Source: Myxococcota bacterium
GTDB lineage: Bacteria > Myxococcota > XYA12-FULL-58-9 > JALHOP01
Direction of reading: 5' to 3'
NCBI GenBank assembly: GCA_041288095.1
Contig: JBGGMJ010000197.1
Coordinates: 11,751-75,750 of the forward strand
Length of the DNA: 64,000 bases
This document shows positions 11,505-20,846 of the stretch, in pieces. Position 1 is the stretch's first letter, and every line of letters begins with the position of its first letter. The notes beneath the pieces are model-generated. The model was not told where the DNA came from and did no database searches. It was given only the letters and a program-made list of their open reading frames with translations. A program made the translations under genes and the position numbers.

Positions 11505-12128
11505 TTAGCGGATATGTTTCTCGATGGTTTTCAACACGTCGATGCGGTGCACCAAATCACTCAAGTAGTCGAGCTGATCGGTCTCGAGCATGATCACCGG
11601 GGAGCGCTTGTAGCTCGCAAACCACCCTTCATAGAGCTCGTTCAAGGCCTTCAAGTAGCTCGCGGGTATGCTTTGCTCTTCCGGGCGGCCACGCAGCTTG
11701 ATGCGCTTGTTGATCGTCCGCAGCGAGGCCTTCAAATAGATCATCAAGTCGGGCGGCTTGAGCGACGTGAGGATGGTCTCGTAGAGCTCGCGGTACATCC
11801 GCCAGTCACGCTTGTTGATGAGCCGGCGGCGGTAGAGATTCGCCGCGAAGATCTCGGCGTCTTCGTAGATGGTGCGGTCCTGGACCACGGTGCGCTGGCC
11901 ACGCTCGAGCTCGAGCTGCTGGTGGATGCGGAACTTGTGGGTGAGAAAGTAGATCTGCGAGTGGAAGCCCCACTTCTTCATGTCCTCGTAGAAGTCGACG
12001 ATGTACGGATTCTCGGCGTTGGGCTCGAAGAAGGGTTGCACGCCGTACTGGCGGCAGATGAAGTCGACGAGCGTGCTCTTGCCGCAGCCGATGTTGCCGG
12101 CGACCGCGATGTAGCGTGGCGTGCTCAA
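11505..12128 (-). CDS. Deoxynucleoside kinase (dNK family)
   Basis: IAVAGNIGCGKST P-loop, QDRTIYED, PDLMIYL, RGRPEE, YLKALNELY. Confidence 0.93.
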   Translation of the reverse strand: MSTPRYIAVAGNIGCGKSTLVDFICRQYGVQPFFEPNAENPYIVDFYEDMKKWGFHSQIYFLTHKFRIHQQLELERGQRTVVQDRTIYEDAEIFAANLYRRRLINKRDWRMYRELYETILTSLKPPDLMIYLKASLRTINKRIKLRGRPEEQSIPASYLKALNELYEGWFASYKRSPVIMLETDQLDYLSDLVHRIDVLKTIEKHIR

Positions 12129-13612
12129 GCTTTGGCTACCGCGGTTTGCCAGCGTGCGATTGTCTGTTTTAGCGAATCGTCATGCGCGCGCGGCTCGTAC
12201 GTCTTGTCGATGGCCCATACGCGCGCCACCTCTTCGGGTCCGTTCAAGATGCCGGCACCAATCGCCGCGAGATAGGCGGCCCCGAGCGCCGTGGTATCGA
12301 GCACCGTCGGCCGGTGCAGCTGGACACCCAAGAGGTCGGCCTGGAACTGCATCAGCAGGTCGTTGGCGGCGGCGCCGCCGTCGACGCGCAGCACGGAGAT
12401 TGGTCGGTTCGCATCACCGCGCATGGCGCCGAGCAGGTCGTACACCTGCAATGCAATACCCTCGAGCGTGGCACGGGCGATGTGCGCCTTGGTGGTGCCG
12501 CGAGTAATGCCGGTGATGATGCCGCGGGCGTCCGGGTTCCAGTGCGGCGCCCCAAGGCCCGAGAGCGCCGGCACGACGGTGACGCCGCCGTTGTCCGGCA
12601 CCTGCGCCGCGAGCCCTTCGATCTCCGAGCTGTCGTTGATGAGGCGAAGGCCGTCGCGCAACCACTGCACGGCGGCGCCGGCGATGAAGACGCTGCCCTC
12701 GAGCGCGTAGGTGACCTTGTCGCCGATCTGCCAGGCAATCGTCGTGAGCAAGCCCCGGCTCGAGACCATGGGCTTGTCGCCAATGTTGACCAGGGCGAAG
12801 GCGCCGGTGCCGTAGGTGCACTTGGCCATCCCGACCTCGAAGCAGGCCTGGCCAAAGAGCGCGGCGTGCTGGTCGCCGGCGATGCCGGTGATGGGAATGC
12901 CGTCGGGCAAGAAGTCGAGGCCGCGGGTCATGCCGACGCGACCCGCGGATGGGACGACGCGCGGCAAGAGCGAGCGTGGGATGCCGCCCAGGAGGGTGAG
13001 CAGCTCGTCCGAGAAGGCCCGGCTGTGGATGTCGAAGAGTAGGGTGCGCGAGGCGTTGGTGACGTCGGTGGCGTGCTCCGTCCCGTTCGTGAGTTTCCAG
13101 ATTAACCAGCTATCCATGGTGCCGAAGCGAAGCTCGCCTTTTGCGGCGCGCTTGGCGAGCGTGGCGTCGTGCTCGAGCATCCAGGCGAGCTTGGTCCCGG
13201 AGAAGTACGGATCGAGGACGAGGCCGGTGCGGGCGCGGACGTGCTCCTCGTGGCCCAAGCGCTTGAGCTCGGCGCAGCGCTCGGCGGTGCGGCGATCCTG
13301 CCAAACGATGGCCCGGCCCGCGGGCTTACCCACCGTGTCCCACAGGCCGGTGGTCTCGCGCTGGTTGGTGATGCCGATGCAGGCGATCTCCCGGCCCTGC
13401 ACGCGCGCCTTGGTGAGCGCCTGGGTGATGGCGGTGGCGGTGGCGGTCCAGATTTCGTCGAGGTCGTGCTCGACCCAGCCGGCTTTAGGGAAGTGCTGGG
13501 GGATCTCGGCGTAGCCGCGCGCCACGACGCGTGTCGCGGCTCCGTCGATCGCCACCGCCAGGACGGTGGAACCGGTGGTTCCCTGATCGATCGCGAGGAC
13601 CATCTTGGCCAT
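12125..13612 (-). CDS. glpK: Glycerol kinase
   Basis: AIDQGTTGS, GITNQRETT, IVWQDRRT, DPYFSGTK, TDVTNASRT, GDQHAALFGQ, KCTYGTGAF, VDGGAAAN. Confidence 0.96.
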   Translation of the reverse strand: MAKMVLAIDQGTTGSTVLAVAIDGAATRVVARGYAEIPQHFPKAGWVEHDLDEIWTATATAITQALTKARVQGREIACIGITNQRETTGLWDTVGKPAGRAIVWQDRRTAERCAELKRLGHEEHVRARTGLVLDPYFSGTKLAWMLEHDATLAKRAAKGELRFGTMDSWLIWKLTNGTEHATDVTNASRTLLFDIHSRAFSDELLTLLGGIPRSLLPRVVPSAGRVGMTRGLDFLPDGIPITGIAGDQHAALFGQACFEVGMAKCTYGTGAFALVNIGDKPMVSSRGLLTTIAWQIGDKVTYALEGSVFIAGAAVQWLRDGLRLINDSSEIEGLAAQVPDNGGVTVVPALSGLGAPHWNPDARGIITGITRGTTKAHIARATLEGIALQVYDLLGAMRGDANRPISVLRVDGGAAANDLLMQFQADLLGVQLHRPTVLDTTALGAAYLAAIGAGILNGPEEVARVWAIDKTYEPRAHDDSLKQTIARWQTAVAKA

Positions 13613-13662
13613 GCCGACGGGTCTACTACCCTTGCTCTTTCGCGAGCAATCCCCGTAGCATC

Positions 13663-15534
13663 ATGGATATGTCGCGCAGTGCAGTATCGGCGCCGACGCG
13701 GCCGACTTCGCTGGTGTTCTTGCTGGCAAGCAGCCGCGACGTGATCGAAGAGGTGGCGAGCTCGCTCGCTATTGCGGACAACCCCGTCGAGATCCACGTC
13801 CTCCACGATCGCGGACGACTGGACGCGCACCTGGCGCGGGTCACTCCCGACATCGTCATCCTCGACCGCCAAAGCTTCAGCGGCGCCGAGAATCTGCTCA
13901 CCACGGGTCCATTGGCGGGCACACCGACCTTGGTGCTCGACGACCAGGTCGACACCTCGGCGCAGCAAGCCGTCATCACCGCCGGCGCACGCGCGTACCT
14001 GCCGCGCTCGCCGCAACGTGGTCACGCCCTTCGCGACGCCATCAACGCGGCGAACCGCCGACCCGCCCTCGACCGCAAGCTCGAGGAAACGCAGCGGCAC
14101 TTCCATTCCATTCTCGAGGCATCGAGCGACGGCATCATGGTGCTCGTCGACGGGCGCTTCCAGTACGTCAACAGCGCCTTCGCCTCCGCCTTGGGCTACG
14201 ACGCCGCCGAGCTGGGCGAATTCGGTACCTTGGTCGCCGAGGGCAGCCGTGATGCCGCGCACGACGCCCTCGGGCGCGTCGCCATGAGCGCGGGCTCGCG
14301 CGACATCTTCGAGACCGTGCTCCTCGCGAGGGATGGCCGTCAGGTGCGCTTCGAGATCGCTTGCCGCACCTCGACCCTCGACGGACACCGGGCCGTGGTC
14401 GGTGTCGCCCGCGACGTCACCGCGGTCCGCGAGCTACAAGGCGAGATCGAGCGTTCGCGCCAGCGCGCCGCCCATGTCGAGCGCTTACGTGCCCTGGGCG
14501 AGCTCGCCGCCGGCGTCGCCCACGACTTCAACAATGCGCTCGAGGCCATCCTCGGCCGTATCACCATGGCACGCACCCACATGGAACGCGGCGAGTCCGC
14601 TGAAACGGACATTGCGGTCATCGAAGCCGCCGCCAAAGACGCGGTCGAGACCGTCAAGCGCATCCGCGAATTCACGCGACCCTCGCACGATACGACGTGG
14701 AGCGATTGCGATCTCGGTATGCTCGCGCGCACCGCCTTCGAGCTGGTGCGCAGCCGGGCGCATGGCGCGGTGAAGGTGGACCTCGAGGTGGAGCCCACCC
14801 TGCCGGTGCGGGGCAACGCCGCCGAGTTGCGTGAAGTGATCATGAACCTGGTTTCGAACGCCTTCGACGCGGTCGGCGAGCGCGGCAACATTTGCATCCG
14901 CACCTGTCAGGAGCATGGCGCGGCCACCGTGATCGTCGAAGACGACGGCCCGGGCATGCCCGACGAGCTGCAGAAACGCATCTTCGAGCCGTTCTTCAGC
15001 ACCAAAGGTGAGCACGGCACCGGCCTCGGCTTGTCGGTCAGCCAAGGCATCCTGCGGCGGCACGACGCGCACCTCGAGGTCGAGAGCAGCGTGGGGGCGG
15101 GCTCGCGCTTCCGCATGGTCTTCGCCCCTCCCCCGCAGCTCGCGCCGGCACCACCGCTGCAAGCACGACCTGCGCACCTGCGCGTCCTCGTGGTCGACGA
15201 TGATCCCAACGTCGCCGACCTGCTGCGCGACGTCCTCGGCGAGCAGGGCCACGACGTCGGTCTGGCGAGCAGCATCGAAGACGCGCTCGCCTGGCTCGAC
15301 GACAACCGTTGCGACGTCCTTGTAACCGACCTCGACTTACGCGGCACGAGCGGCTGGAAGCTGGCGCGCAAGGTTCGCGAAACGCACCCGAGCATCGTCA
15401 TTGGGCTCATCACCGGTTGGCCGCTAGGAGCCCCCGATGGCGAGCTGAGGGCCCGTGGTGTCGACTTCGTGCTCACCAAGCCGTTCACCGCGGAAGCCTT
15501 GCTCGAGGCCATTGCGCGCAGGACTCACGGCTAG
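13663..15534 (+). CDS. Cytoplasmic hybrid sensor histidine kinase (REC-like, PAS, HisKA, HATPase, REC)
   Basis: PAS (SDGIMVL...YVNSAF), H-box GVAHDFNN, N-box NLVSNAFDA, DDGPGM, FEPFFSTK, GTGLGL, C-terminal receiver VLVVDDD...LVTDL...KPF. Confidence 0.92.
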   Translation: MDMSRSAVSAPTRPTSLVFLLASSRDVIEEVASSLAIADNPVEIHVLHDRGRLDAHLARVTPDIVILDRQSFSGAENLLTTGPLAGTPTLVLDDQVDTSAQQAVITAGARAYLPRSPQRGHALRDAINAANRRPALDRKLEETQRHFHSILEASSDGIMVLVDGRFQYVNSAFASALGYDAAELGEFGTLVAEGSRDAAHDALGRVAMSAGSRDIFETVLLARDGRQVRFEIACRTSTLDGHRAVVGVARDVTAVRELQGEIERSRQRAAHVERLRALGELAAGVAHDFNNALEAILGRITMARTHMERGESAETDIAVIEAAAKDAVETVKRIREFTRPSHDTTWSDCDLGMLARTAFELVRSRAHGAVKVDLEVEPTLPVRGNAAELREVIMNLVSNAFDAVGERGNICIRTCQEHGAATVIVEDDGPGMPDELQKRIFEPFFSTKGEHGTGLGLSVSQGILRRHDAHLEVESSVGAGSRFRMVFAPPPQLAPAPPLQARPAHLRVLVVDDDPNVADLLRDVLGEQGHDVGLASSIEDALAWLDDNRCDVLVTDLDLRGTSGWKLARKVRETHPSIVIGLITGWPLGAPDGELRARGVDFVLTKPFTAEALLEAIARRTHG

Positions 15535-15573
15535 GACCGTCCAAGCCTGCCCTCGGGACATCCCCGGAACCAG

Positions 15574-15599
15574 GGAACACTCGGCGGATTTGCCGATAC
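15574..15599 (+). promoter_or_regulatory. Bipartite GGAAC-N13-GCCGATAC motif, copy 3
   Basis: GGAAC actcggcggattt GCCGATAC tggagccg ATG(15608); a second GGAAC lies at 15566. Confidence 0.55.
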
Positions 15600-15607
15600 T
15601 GGAGCCG

Positions 15608-16063
15608 ATGTTCGACATCGGCCCACCGCCCCCTCCGTCACAGCCCAAGCCGGCTGCTCCCCGCGAGCTGGCGGTGTCGACGCTCTTGCCCCGGCAGGCC
15701 GTCGTGAAGGTCGCCGAGCCGCCCAAGGACGTCGTTCAAGTCCTGCTCCAACCGCCGCCCGAGCCGCCGGTCCCCGGCACCTTCTTGGGGCCGCTCACCG
15801 TGCGCGTCGACAACGCCCTGAAGCCGGTGCTGCGCCTCGGACCGCCTCTGATCTTTCTGGCCGGCACCGCCGCCGGCGCGCTGGCCTGCGTGGCCGCGGG
15901 GAGCATCGCGGCCCTCGCCGGCTACGATCCACAGCCTTTCTTCGCCGCCACGGAATACGCAATGCCGGCCGGCACCATTGGCTTGCCCGCTGCCCTGATC
16001 TTCATCGGCTTTCGCGCCGAGGCGGTTCGTAGGCGCTATCGCGACGCTGGACGCATCATTTAG
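15608..16063 (+). CDS. Hypothetical membrane protein with Pro-rich N-terminus (candidate regulon member)
   Basis: GGAG just before ATG 15608; MFDIGPPPPPSQPKP leader; two C-terminal hydrophobic segments. Confidence 0.6.
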   Translation: MFDIGPPPPPSQPKPAAPRELAVSTLLPRQAVVKVAEPPKDVVQVLLQPPPEPPVPGTFLGPLTVRVDNALKPVLRLGPPLIFLAGTAAGALACVAAGSIAALAGYDPQPFFAATEYAMPAGTIGLPAALIFIGFRAEAVRRRYRDAGRII

Positions 16064-16104
16064 CCCTGTCCGGGCCCGCTTCGAAGCAGCCGAGCCCGCG
16101 TAGC

Positions 16105-18567
16105 TTAGCTCAGCAGCTTCTGCGCGACCTCGAGAGCCTTGCGCGTGCGCACGAGGATCTCCGCCGTGCGTTGACGCTCTTGGCCAGCGGTGTCGTGGGC
16201 ATCGAGCGCCTTTTGGTGCTCCTCTTCGAGCTGCGCTTCCAGCTCGGTGATGCGCCCCTTGTTCTGCTCGGCGGTGGCGCGCAGCTTGCTGATCGCCTCG
16301 TCGCGCAGCTTCACGCTGTTGGTGAGCTCGCCGGTGCTCTCGTGCATGCTCTGCTCGAGCTCCTTGGCTTGCTCGCGTGCCGCCTCGAGCTCGCCGTTGA
16401 GCTCCTTGACGCGCGCGCGTTGACCAGCGACGTCGTCTTGCAACGTCGAGATCGACGACTCGCGGTCGGAGATGGTTGCCTCGAGCTCCTCTGCCTTGCG
16501 CTGAAGCTCGCTGATGCGCGCGTCCCGACCCTCGATGGTTTGGGTCATCTCGCCGACCTTGGTGTCGGTCTCGGCGCGCAGATCGCTGATGTCGGTGCGC
16601 AAGGCTTCGAGGTCGCCCGTTAGCCGGTCGATCTGCGTATCGCGATCCGCGATAGCGGCCTTTTGCTGTTCCACCGCGTTCTTGAGCTTCCCGATCGCTT
16701 GATCCCGGAGCTCGATGTCGGCGTGTGCCTGATCGCGCTCGCCCTGCAACGCCGTGTACTCGTCGTTGCGGGTGCCAATCTCCTTGGTGAGCGCCTCGAT
16801 CTGCTCTTGCTTCGCGGCGATCTCGCTGTCGCTCTCCCTCTTGAGCTCGGCGAGCTGATTCTCGAGACCGGCGATGGTGTCATCGCGCTCGGCGATGGCG
16901 GCCCGCTGGGTCTCGATGGCGTTCTTGAGCTTGTCGATGGCGGCGTCGCGGGCTCCGACTTCGTCGTCGAGCTTTGTCTGGAGCTCGACGCGCTGGCGGT
17001 CCGCCTCTTCGCGCATCGCGGCTTTTTCGCCCTCGTAGCGCTCCGTAAGCTGTTGCCGCTCGGCGGCGGCTTCGTTGCGCGCATCGGAGAGATCGGTCTC
17101 GGCCGCCTCTTTGAGGTTGCCGAGCTCGGTCTCGTACCGCTGCTTGAGCGACGTGAGCTCGCTCGAGTGTTTGCTCTCGAGCGACGCCACCGTTTGCTCG
17201 AGCTTGGTTTCGAGCGCGTTGACCTGGTTTTCGTTCTTGCTCTCGAGGACCGCGAGCTCGCCTTCGTGCTTCTGGCGCAGCGCCGTGAGGGCGCTCTCGT
17301 GGTTCTCTTTGACCTGCGCCATCTCGCCTTCGTAGGCTTCCCTGGTCGAAGACAGCTCCGACGAGGTCTGATCGCGTAGGGCCTCGAGCTCGCCTTGGCT
17401 CCTCTCGCGCAGCGCGGTGAGCTCACCCTCGTACTTGTCGGTGAGCGTGCGCACCTGCAGCGCAGCATCGTCCTTGGTCTGCGAGATCTCGGCCGAGCTC
17501 GACGCGCGAAGGTTTTCGAGCTCGCTGTTGAGCGCCGCGACCTGACCCTCGAGGTCCATCTGATTGCGGGTGGCCTCGTCGGTCGCCTGCGATAGCTGGG
17601 TCGAGATGCCGTCGATCTGCTCGTCGCGCTCGATGATCGCGGTCTTCTGGGTCTCGATGGTCGACTTGAGCTTGTCGATGGCCTCGTTGCGCACCGCGAT
17701 GTCACGCTCGAGCGTGTCGCGGGTGTCGAGCAGCTCCTGACGAACGTGCTCGAGCTCGATGCTCAGATCGCCTTGCTTGGTCTCGAGGTCCTGGATGCGC
17801 TCGTCGCGCGTCTGGATTTCGCGGCCGGCAGTCGACTGATCGCGCTGGGCGGTGTCACGGGTCTGCTCGAGCTCCCCAGTGAGGGCATCGATCTGACCAG
17901 CGAGACCGCGGATCTCGTTGTCTTTCTCGTTGATCTCGGCGTCGAGCTTCTCTTGGAAGCCGGCGATCTGCGCCTTGAGGTCCCGCTCGGCCTGATCTTT
18001 CTGGGCGAAGGCGGCTTGCACCTTCTGGCCGTAAGCTTCGAACTCGCGCTTCTTCTGGTCGAGGAATTGCTCGAGGGCGGCGAGCTTCTGGGTGAGCTCG
18101 GTGGTCTTGCCGGACTCGCCCTCGGCCTTGTTGCGCTCTTGCTCCATGAGCGCTTCGAGGACGTCCATTTCCTTGTCGCGGACCTGCCAGGCCTCGCGGA
18201 AACGGGCCGTACTGGCCTCGGAGCGCTTGAGCTTCTCGCGGAAGTATTCGACTTTTTCCTCGAGGCCGCCCCGGCCCGCGGGTACCGCGGCGGTGTCGGT
18301 CACGAAGAGGTCGTCAAAATTGGTGCGGCCGTTCCACTGGGTCGGCAGCGTGCCGGTGTCCTTGGTGGTCGAACGGCGTGCCGGCCTGCGCGGTGGCGGC
18401 GGCGGCCCCGGTGGACCGGCGGATGGACCAGCCTCCCCACCGTCAGCGGACATCGTGGGCGTAGCTGCGCCGTCGGATTCACCGTTCGTCGCGGCTTGCT
18501 TCTGCTTGTGAGACAGACCATCGAGAGCTGCGTCCAGCTCGTCGAGATCGAGGCCTGCGCCTCCCAT
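16105..18567 (-). CDS. Long coiled-coil protein, possibly AglZ-like
   Basis: GGGAG RBS before ATG 18567 (the ORF-track extension to 19233 overlaps hflX); about 700 aa of heptad-rich E/K/L/A sequence with internal repeats. Confidence 0.85.
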   Translation of the reverse strand: MGGAGLDLDELDAALDGLSHKQKQAATNGESDGAATPTMSADGGEAGPSAGPPGPPPPPRRPARRSTTKDTGTLPTQWNGRTNFDDLFVTDTAAVPAGRGGLEEKVEYFREKLKRSEASTARFREAWQVRDKEMDVLEALMEQERNKAEGESGKTTELTQKLAALEQFLDQKKREFEAYGQKVQAAFAQKDQAERDLKAQIAGFQEKLDAEINEKDNEIRGLAGQIDALTGELEQTRDTAQRDQSTAGREIQTRDERIQDLETKQGDLSIELEHVRQELLDTRDTLERDIAVRNEAIDKLKSTIETQKTAIIERDEQIDGISTQLSQATDEATRNQMDLEGQVAALNSELENLRASSSAEISQTKDDAALQVRTLTDKYEGELTALRERSQGELEALRDQTSSELSSTREAYEGEMAQVKENHESALTALRQKHEGELAVLESKNENQVNALETKLEQTVASLESKHSSELTSLKQRYETELGNLKEAAETDLSDARNEAAAERQQLTERYEGEKAAMREEADRQRVELQTKLDDEVGARDAAIDKLKNAIETQRAAIAERDDTIAGLENQLAELKRESDSEIAAKQEQIEALTKEIGTRNDEYTALQGERDQAHADIELRDQAIGKLKNAVEQQKAAIADRDTQIDRLTGDLEALRTDISDLRAETDTKVGEMTQTIEGRDARISELQRKAEELEATISDRESSISTLQDDVAGQRARVKELNGELEAAREQAKELEQSMHESTGELTNSVKLRDEAISKLRATAEQNKGRITELEAQLEEEHQKALDAHDTAGQERQRTAEILVRTRKALEVAQKLLS

Positions 18568-18688
18568 GCCAACTCCCGTAGCAATGAGACTTCGGCCGAG
18601 TCTATCAGCCCCCGGGGGGCTGTCAAACCGAACAACCCACATTGCGCGCACTACACGCTGATTTCTCCGCGTGCTAAGGGGCCGCGCT

Positions 18689-20074
18689 ATGGTGAACGTT
18701 CGGCCCGAATTGCCCCGCGTCGTCCTCGTTGGGGTGCAGATCGACGGCGTCAGCGACGTCGAGCATGCGGCGCATCTCGCCGAGCTAGGCCGCCTATGCA
18801 GCACGCTGGGGTGGCGCGTCGTCGCCACGGTGACGCAAAAGCGGCAAGCGCTGTCGCGCGGCAACGTCTTGGGCGAAGGCAAGCTGCAAGAGCTCGCGAA
18901 GATCACCGGGGGCACCGGCGTCGTCGGCTCACGCGCACCCAAGCGAACGTCGAAGGCCAAGGAGAAGTGGCAAGCCGACGGAGAAGACGACAGCGCTGAG
19001 ACCGCTGAAGCGGACAACGCCGAAGCGGACGAATCCGATGGCGGCGTGGAGACCAACGGCGAGCAGGCCACGATGGTCGTCGTCGACCACGAGCTGTCGC
19101 CCAACCAACTCTCGAACCTCGAGCGCGCGACCGGCGTCTCCGCCATGGACCGCAGCGGCGTCATCGTCGAGATCTTCCACCGCCACGCCCGCAGCCGCGA
19201 AGCTCGCTTGCAGGTCGAGATAGCCCGCCTCAATTACTTGGCGCCGCGCTTGCGCGAGTCAGCCGGATCCTCCGAGCGCCAGCAAGGACGCGGAGCTGGT
19301 GACACCGCGGTCGAGCTCGATCGCCGGCGCATCCGTGATCGGCTGGCGGAGCTACGTCGGGAGCTCGACTCCATCTCCGGCGACCAAGCAAATCGGCGCT
19401 TCGCGCGCCGCGATCAGCTGCGCGTCGCGTTGGTCGGCTACACCAATGCCGGCAAGTCGTCGTTGCTGCGCGCGTTGACCGGCAGCGAGGTGCTCGTCGC
19501 CGATCAGCTCTTCGCGACCCTCGACACCACGGTGCGCGCGCTCCATCCCGAGACCAAGCCACGCATTCTCGTGTCGGACACGGTCGGGTTCATCCAGAAG
19601 CTACCGCACGATCTGGTGGCGTCGTTTCGCTCGACGCTCGACGAGGCGATGGAGGCTTCACTCTTGCTGTACGTCGTCGATGCGTCGGACCCGACCTTCG
19701 AGAATCAGCTCGCGGTGACGCACGACGTGCTCGGTGAGATCGGTGCCTCCGAGGTGCCGAGCAGGCTGTTGTTGAACAAGGTCGATCGCCTGAGCGCCGA
19801 GCAGAAGGATGATCTGCGCCGCCGTTACCCTGATGCGATCCAGCTATCGGCGCATGCCAAGGAAGACGTCGCGCGCTTGCGCGAGCACATCATCGCTTAC
19901 TTCGAGGAAGCGATGCTCGAAGAGGATTTGCTCATTCCTTATTCGCGCCAGCAGAACATCTCCGAGATCTACGCCAACGCGCGGGTCATCTCGGAGAGCT
20001 TCGATGAAGAGGGGCGAACGCTGCGGGTGCGGGCGTTGCCGGCGGCTTTGGCGAAGTTGCGGTTGCTGGCTTGA
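18689..20074 (+). CDS. hflX: GTPase HflX
   Basis: LSPNQLSNLE, EIFHRHARSREARLQVE, G1 GYTNAGKS, LFATLDTT, DTVGFI, SFRSTLDE, NKVD. Confidence 0.93.
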   Translation: MVNVRPELPRVVLVGVQIDGVSDVEHAAHLAELGRLCSTLGWRVVATVTQKRQALSRGNVLGEGKLQELAKITGGTGVVGSRAPKRTSKAKEKWQADGEDDSAETAEADNAEADESDGGVETNGEQATMVVVDHELSPNQLSNLERATGVSAMDRSGVIVEIFHRHARSREARLQVEIARLNYLAPRLRESAGSSERQQGRGAGDTAVELDRRRIRDRLAELRRELDSISGDQANRRFARRDQLRVALVGYTNAGKSSLLRALTGSEVLVADQLFATLDTTVRALHPETKPRILVSDTVGFIQKLPHDLVASFRSTLDEAMEASLLLYVVDASDPTFENQLAVTHDVLGEIGASEVPSRLLLNKVDRLSAEQKDDLRRRYPDAIQLSAHAKEDVARLREHIIAYFEEAMLEEDLLIPYSRQQNISEIYANARVISESFDEEGRTLRVRALPAALAKLRLLA

Positions 20075-20102
20075 AGTGAGGGGGCTCGAGAAGCTCGTGT
20101 CC

Positions 20103-20846
20103 CTACCCTTCAATCCGCTCCGGCACCAACGCCGCTGGCGCCTCCAACACGAACACCGACGCATCCAACTCCGGATCGATCGTCAGATCCTTGAGCCTGA
20201 TCTCAATATCCACTTTAGCGGACGGCACCCGCATATGCAGCCGCGTCGGAATCCCCGAGCCATCATGATCCCCAACCTCGACATCCGACAGCACCACCTC
20301 GCCGCGTAGGGCCTGCAGCCGCTTCACATGGCCGGTCGCCGGATCCACGAATACCTGCCGCGTGACCTCGTCTTCAGTCCAGCGCGCCGCCCAAAGCGTC
20401 CCGCGCGCGCCGAGCTCGGCACCAGCCGGCACCGGGATGTCGCCGAAGAGCATGCCGACCCAAGCTGCCGCCGATTGATGTAGCGGCGCGAACTGCATGA
20501 GCTTGTCCAAGGTGTCCGGAGTCGCCGGGCCGTAAACGAAGCGGTTGTTTTGGAAGTCGAGCAGCTGCAGCTCGAAGCCGTTGGTCGCGAAGGCCTGGAT
20601 GACCCCTTCGTGCGGCCCATGGAGCTCGTAGCGCATCGATGCCGGGCGGACGACGGCCAAGGTGGCGCCGGCCTTGGCGCGGCCTTCCTTGCCGAAATAG
20701 GTGATGCGCACGTCGGCGCTGAATGCCTTGTGCGGTGAGCGTCCCCGTTGCATCGCGTCCGCCATGACGGCCACCGAGGGCGGCGGCTTGACGTTTGGGG
20801 CACAGGCGGCGGCGAGTACGGCGGCGACGAAGACGATACGTTTCAT
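20103..20846 (-). CDS. Lipoprotein, LolA/LolB-like fold (DUF4292-like)
   Basis: Lipobox VLAAA-C, RPASMRYE, beta-rich, C-terminal PELDASVFVLEAP typical of LolA-fold proteins; 4 nt overlap with the TPR gene. Confidence 0.65.
   Translation of the reverse strand: MKRIVFVAAVLAAACAPNVKPPPSVAVMADAMQRGRSPHKAFSADVRITYFGKEGRAKAGATLAVVRPASMRYELHGPHEGVIQAFATNGFELQLLDFQNNRFVYGPATPDTLDKLMQFAPLHQSAAAWVGMLFGDIPVPAGAELGARGTLWAARWTEDEVTRQVFVDPATGHVKRLQALRGEVVLSDVEVGDHDGSGIPTRLHMRVPSAKVDIEIRLKDLTIDPELDASVFVLEAPAALVPERIEG

Noticed and set aside
18568..19233. N-terminal extension of the 1042 aa coiled-coil ORF
   Set aside because: Overlaps hflX on the opposite strand; a good RBS and ATG lie at 18567.
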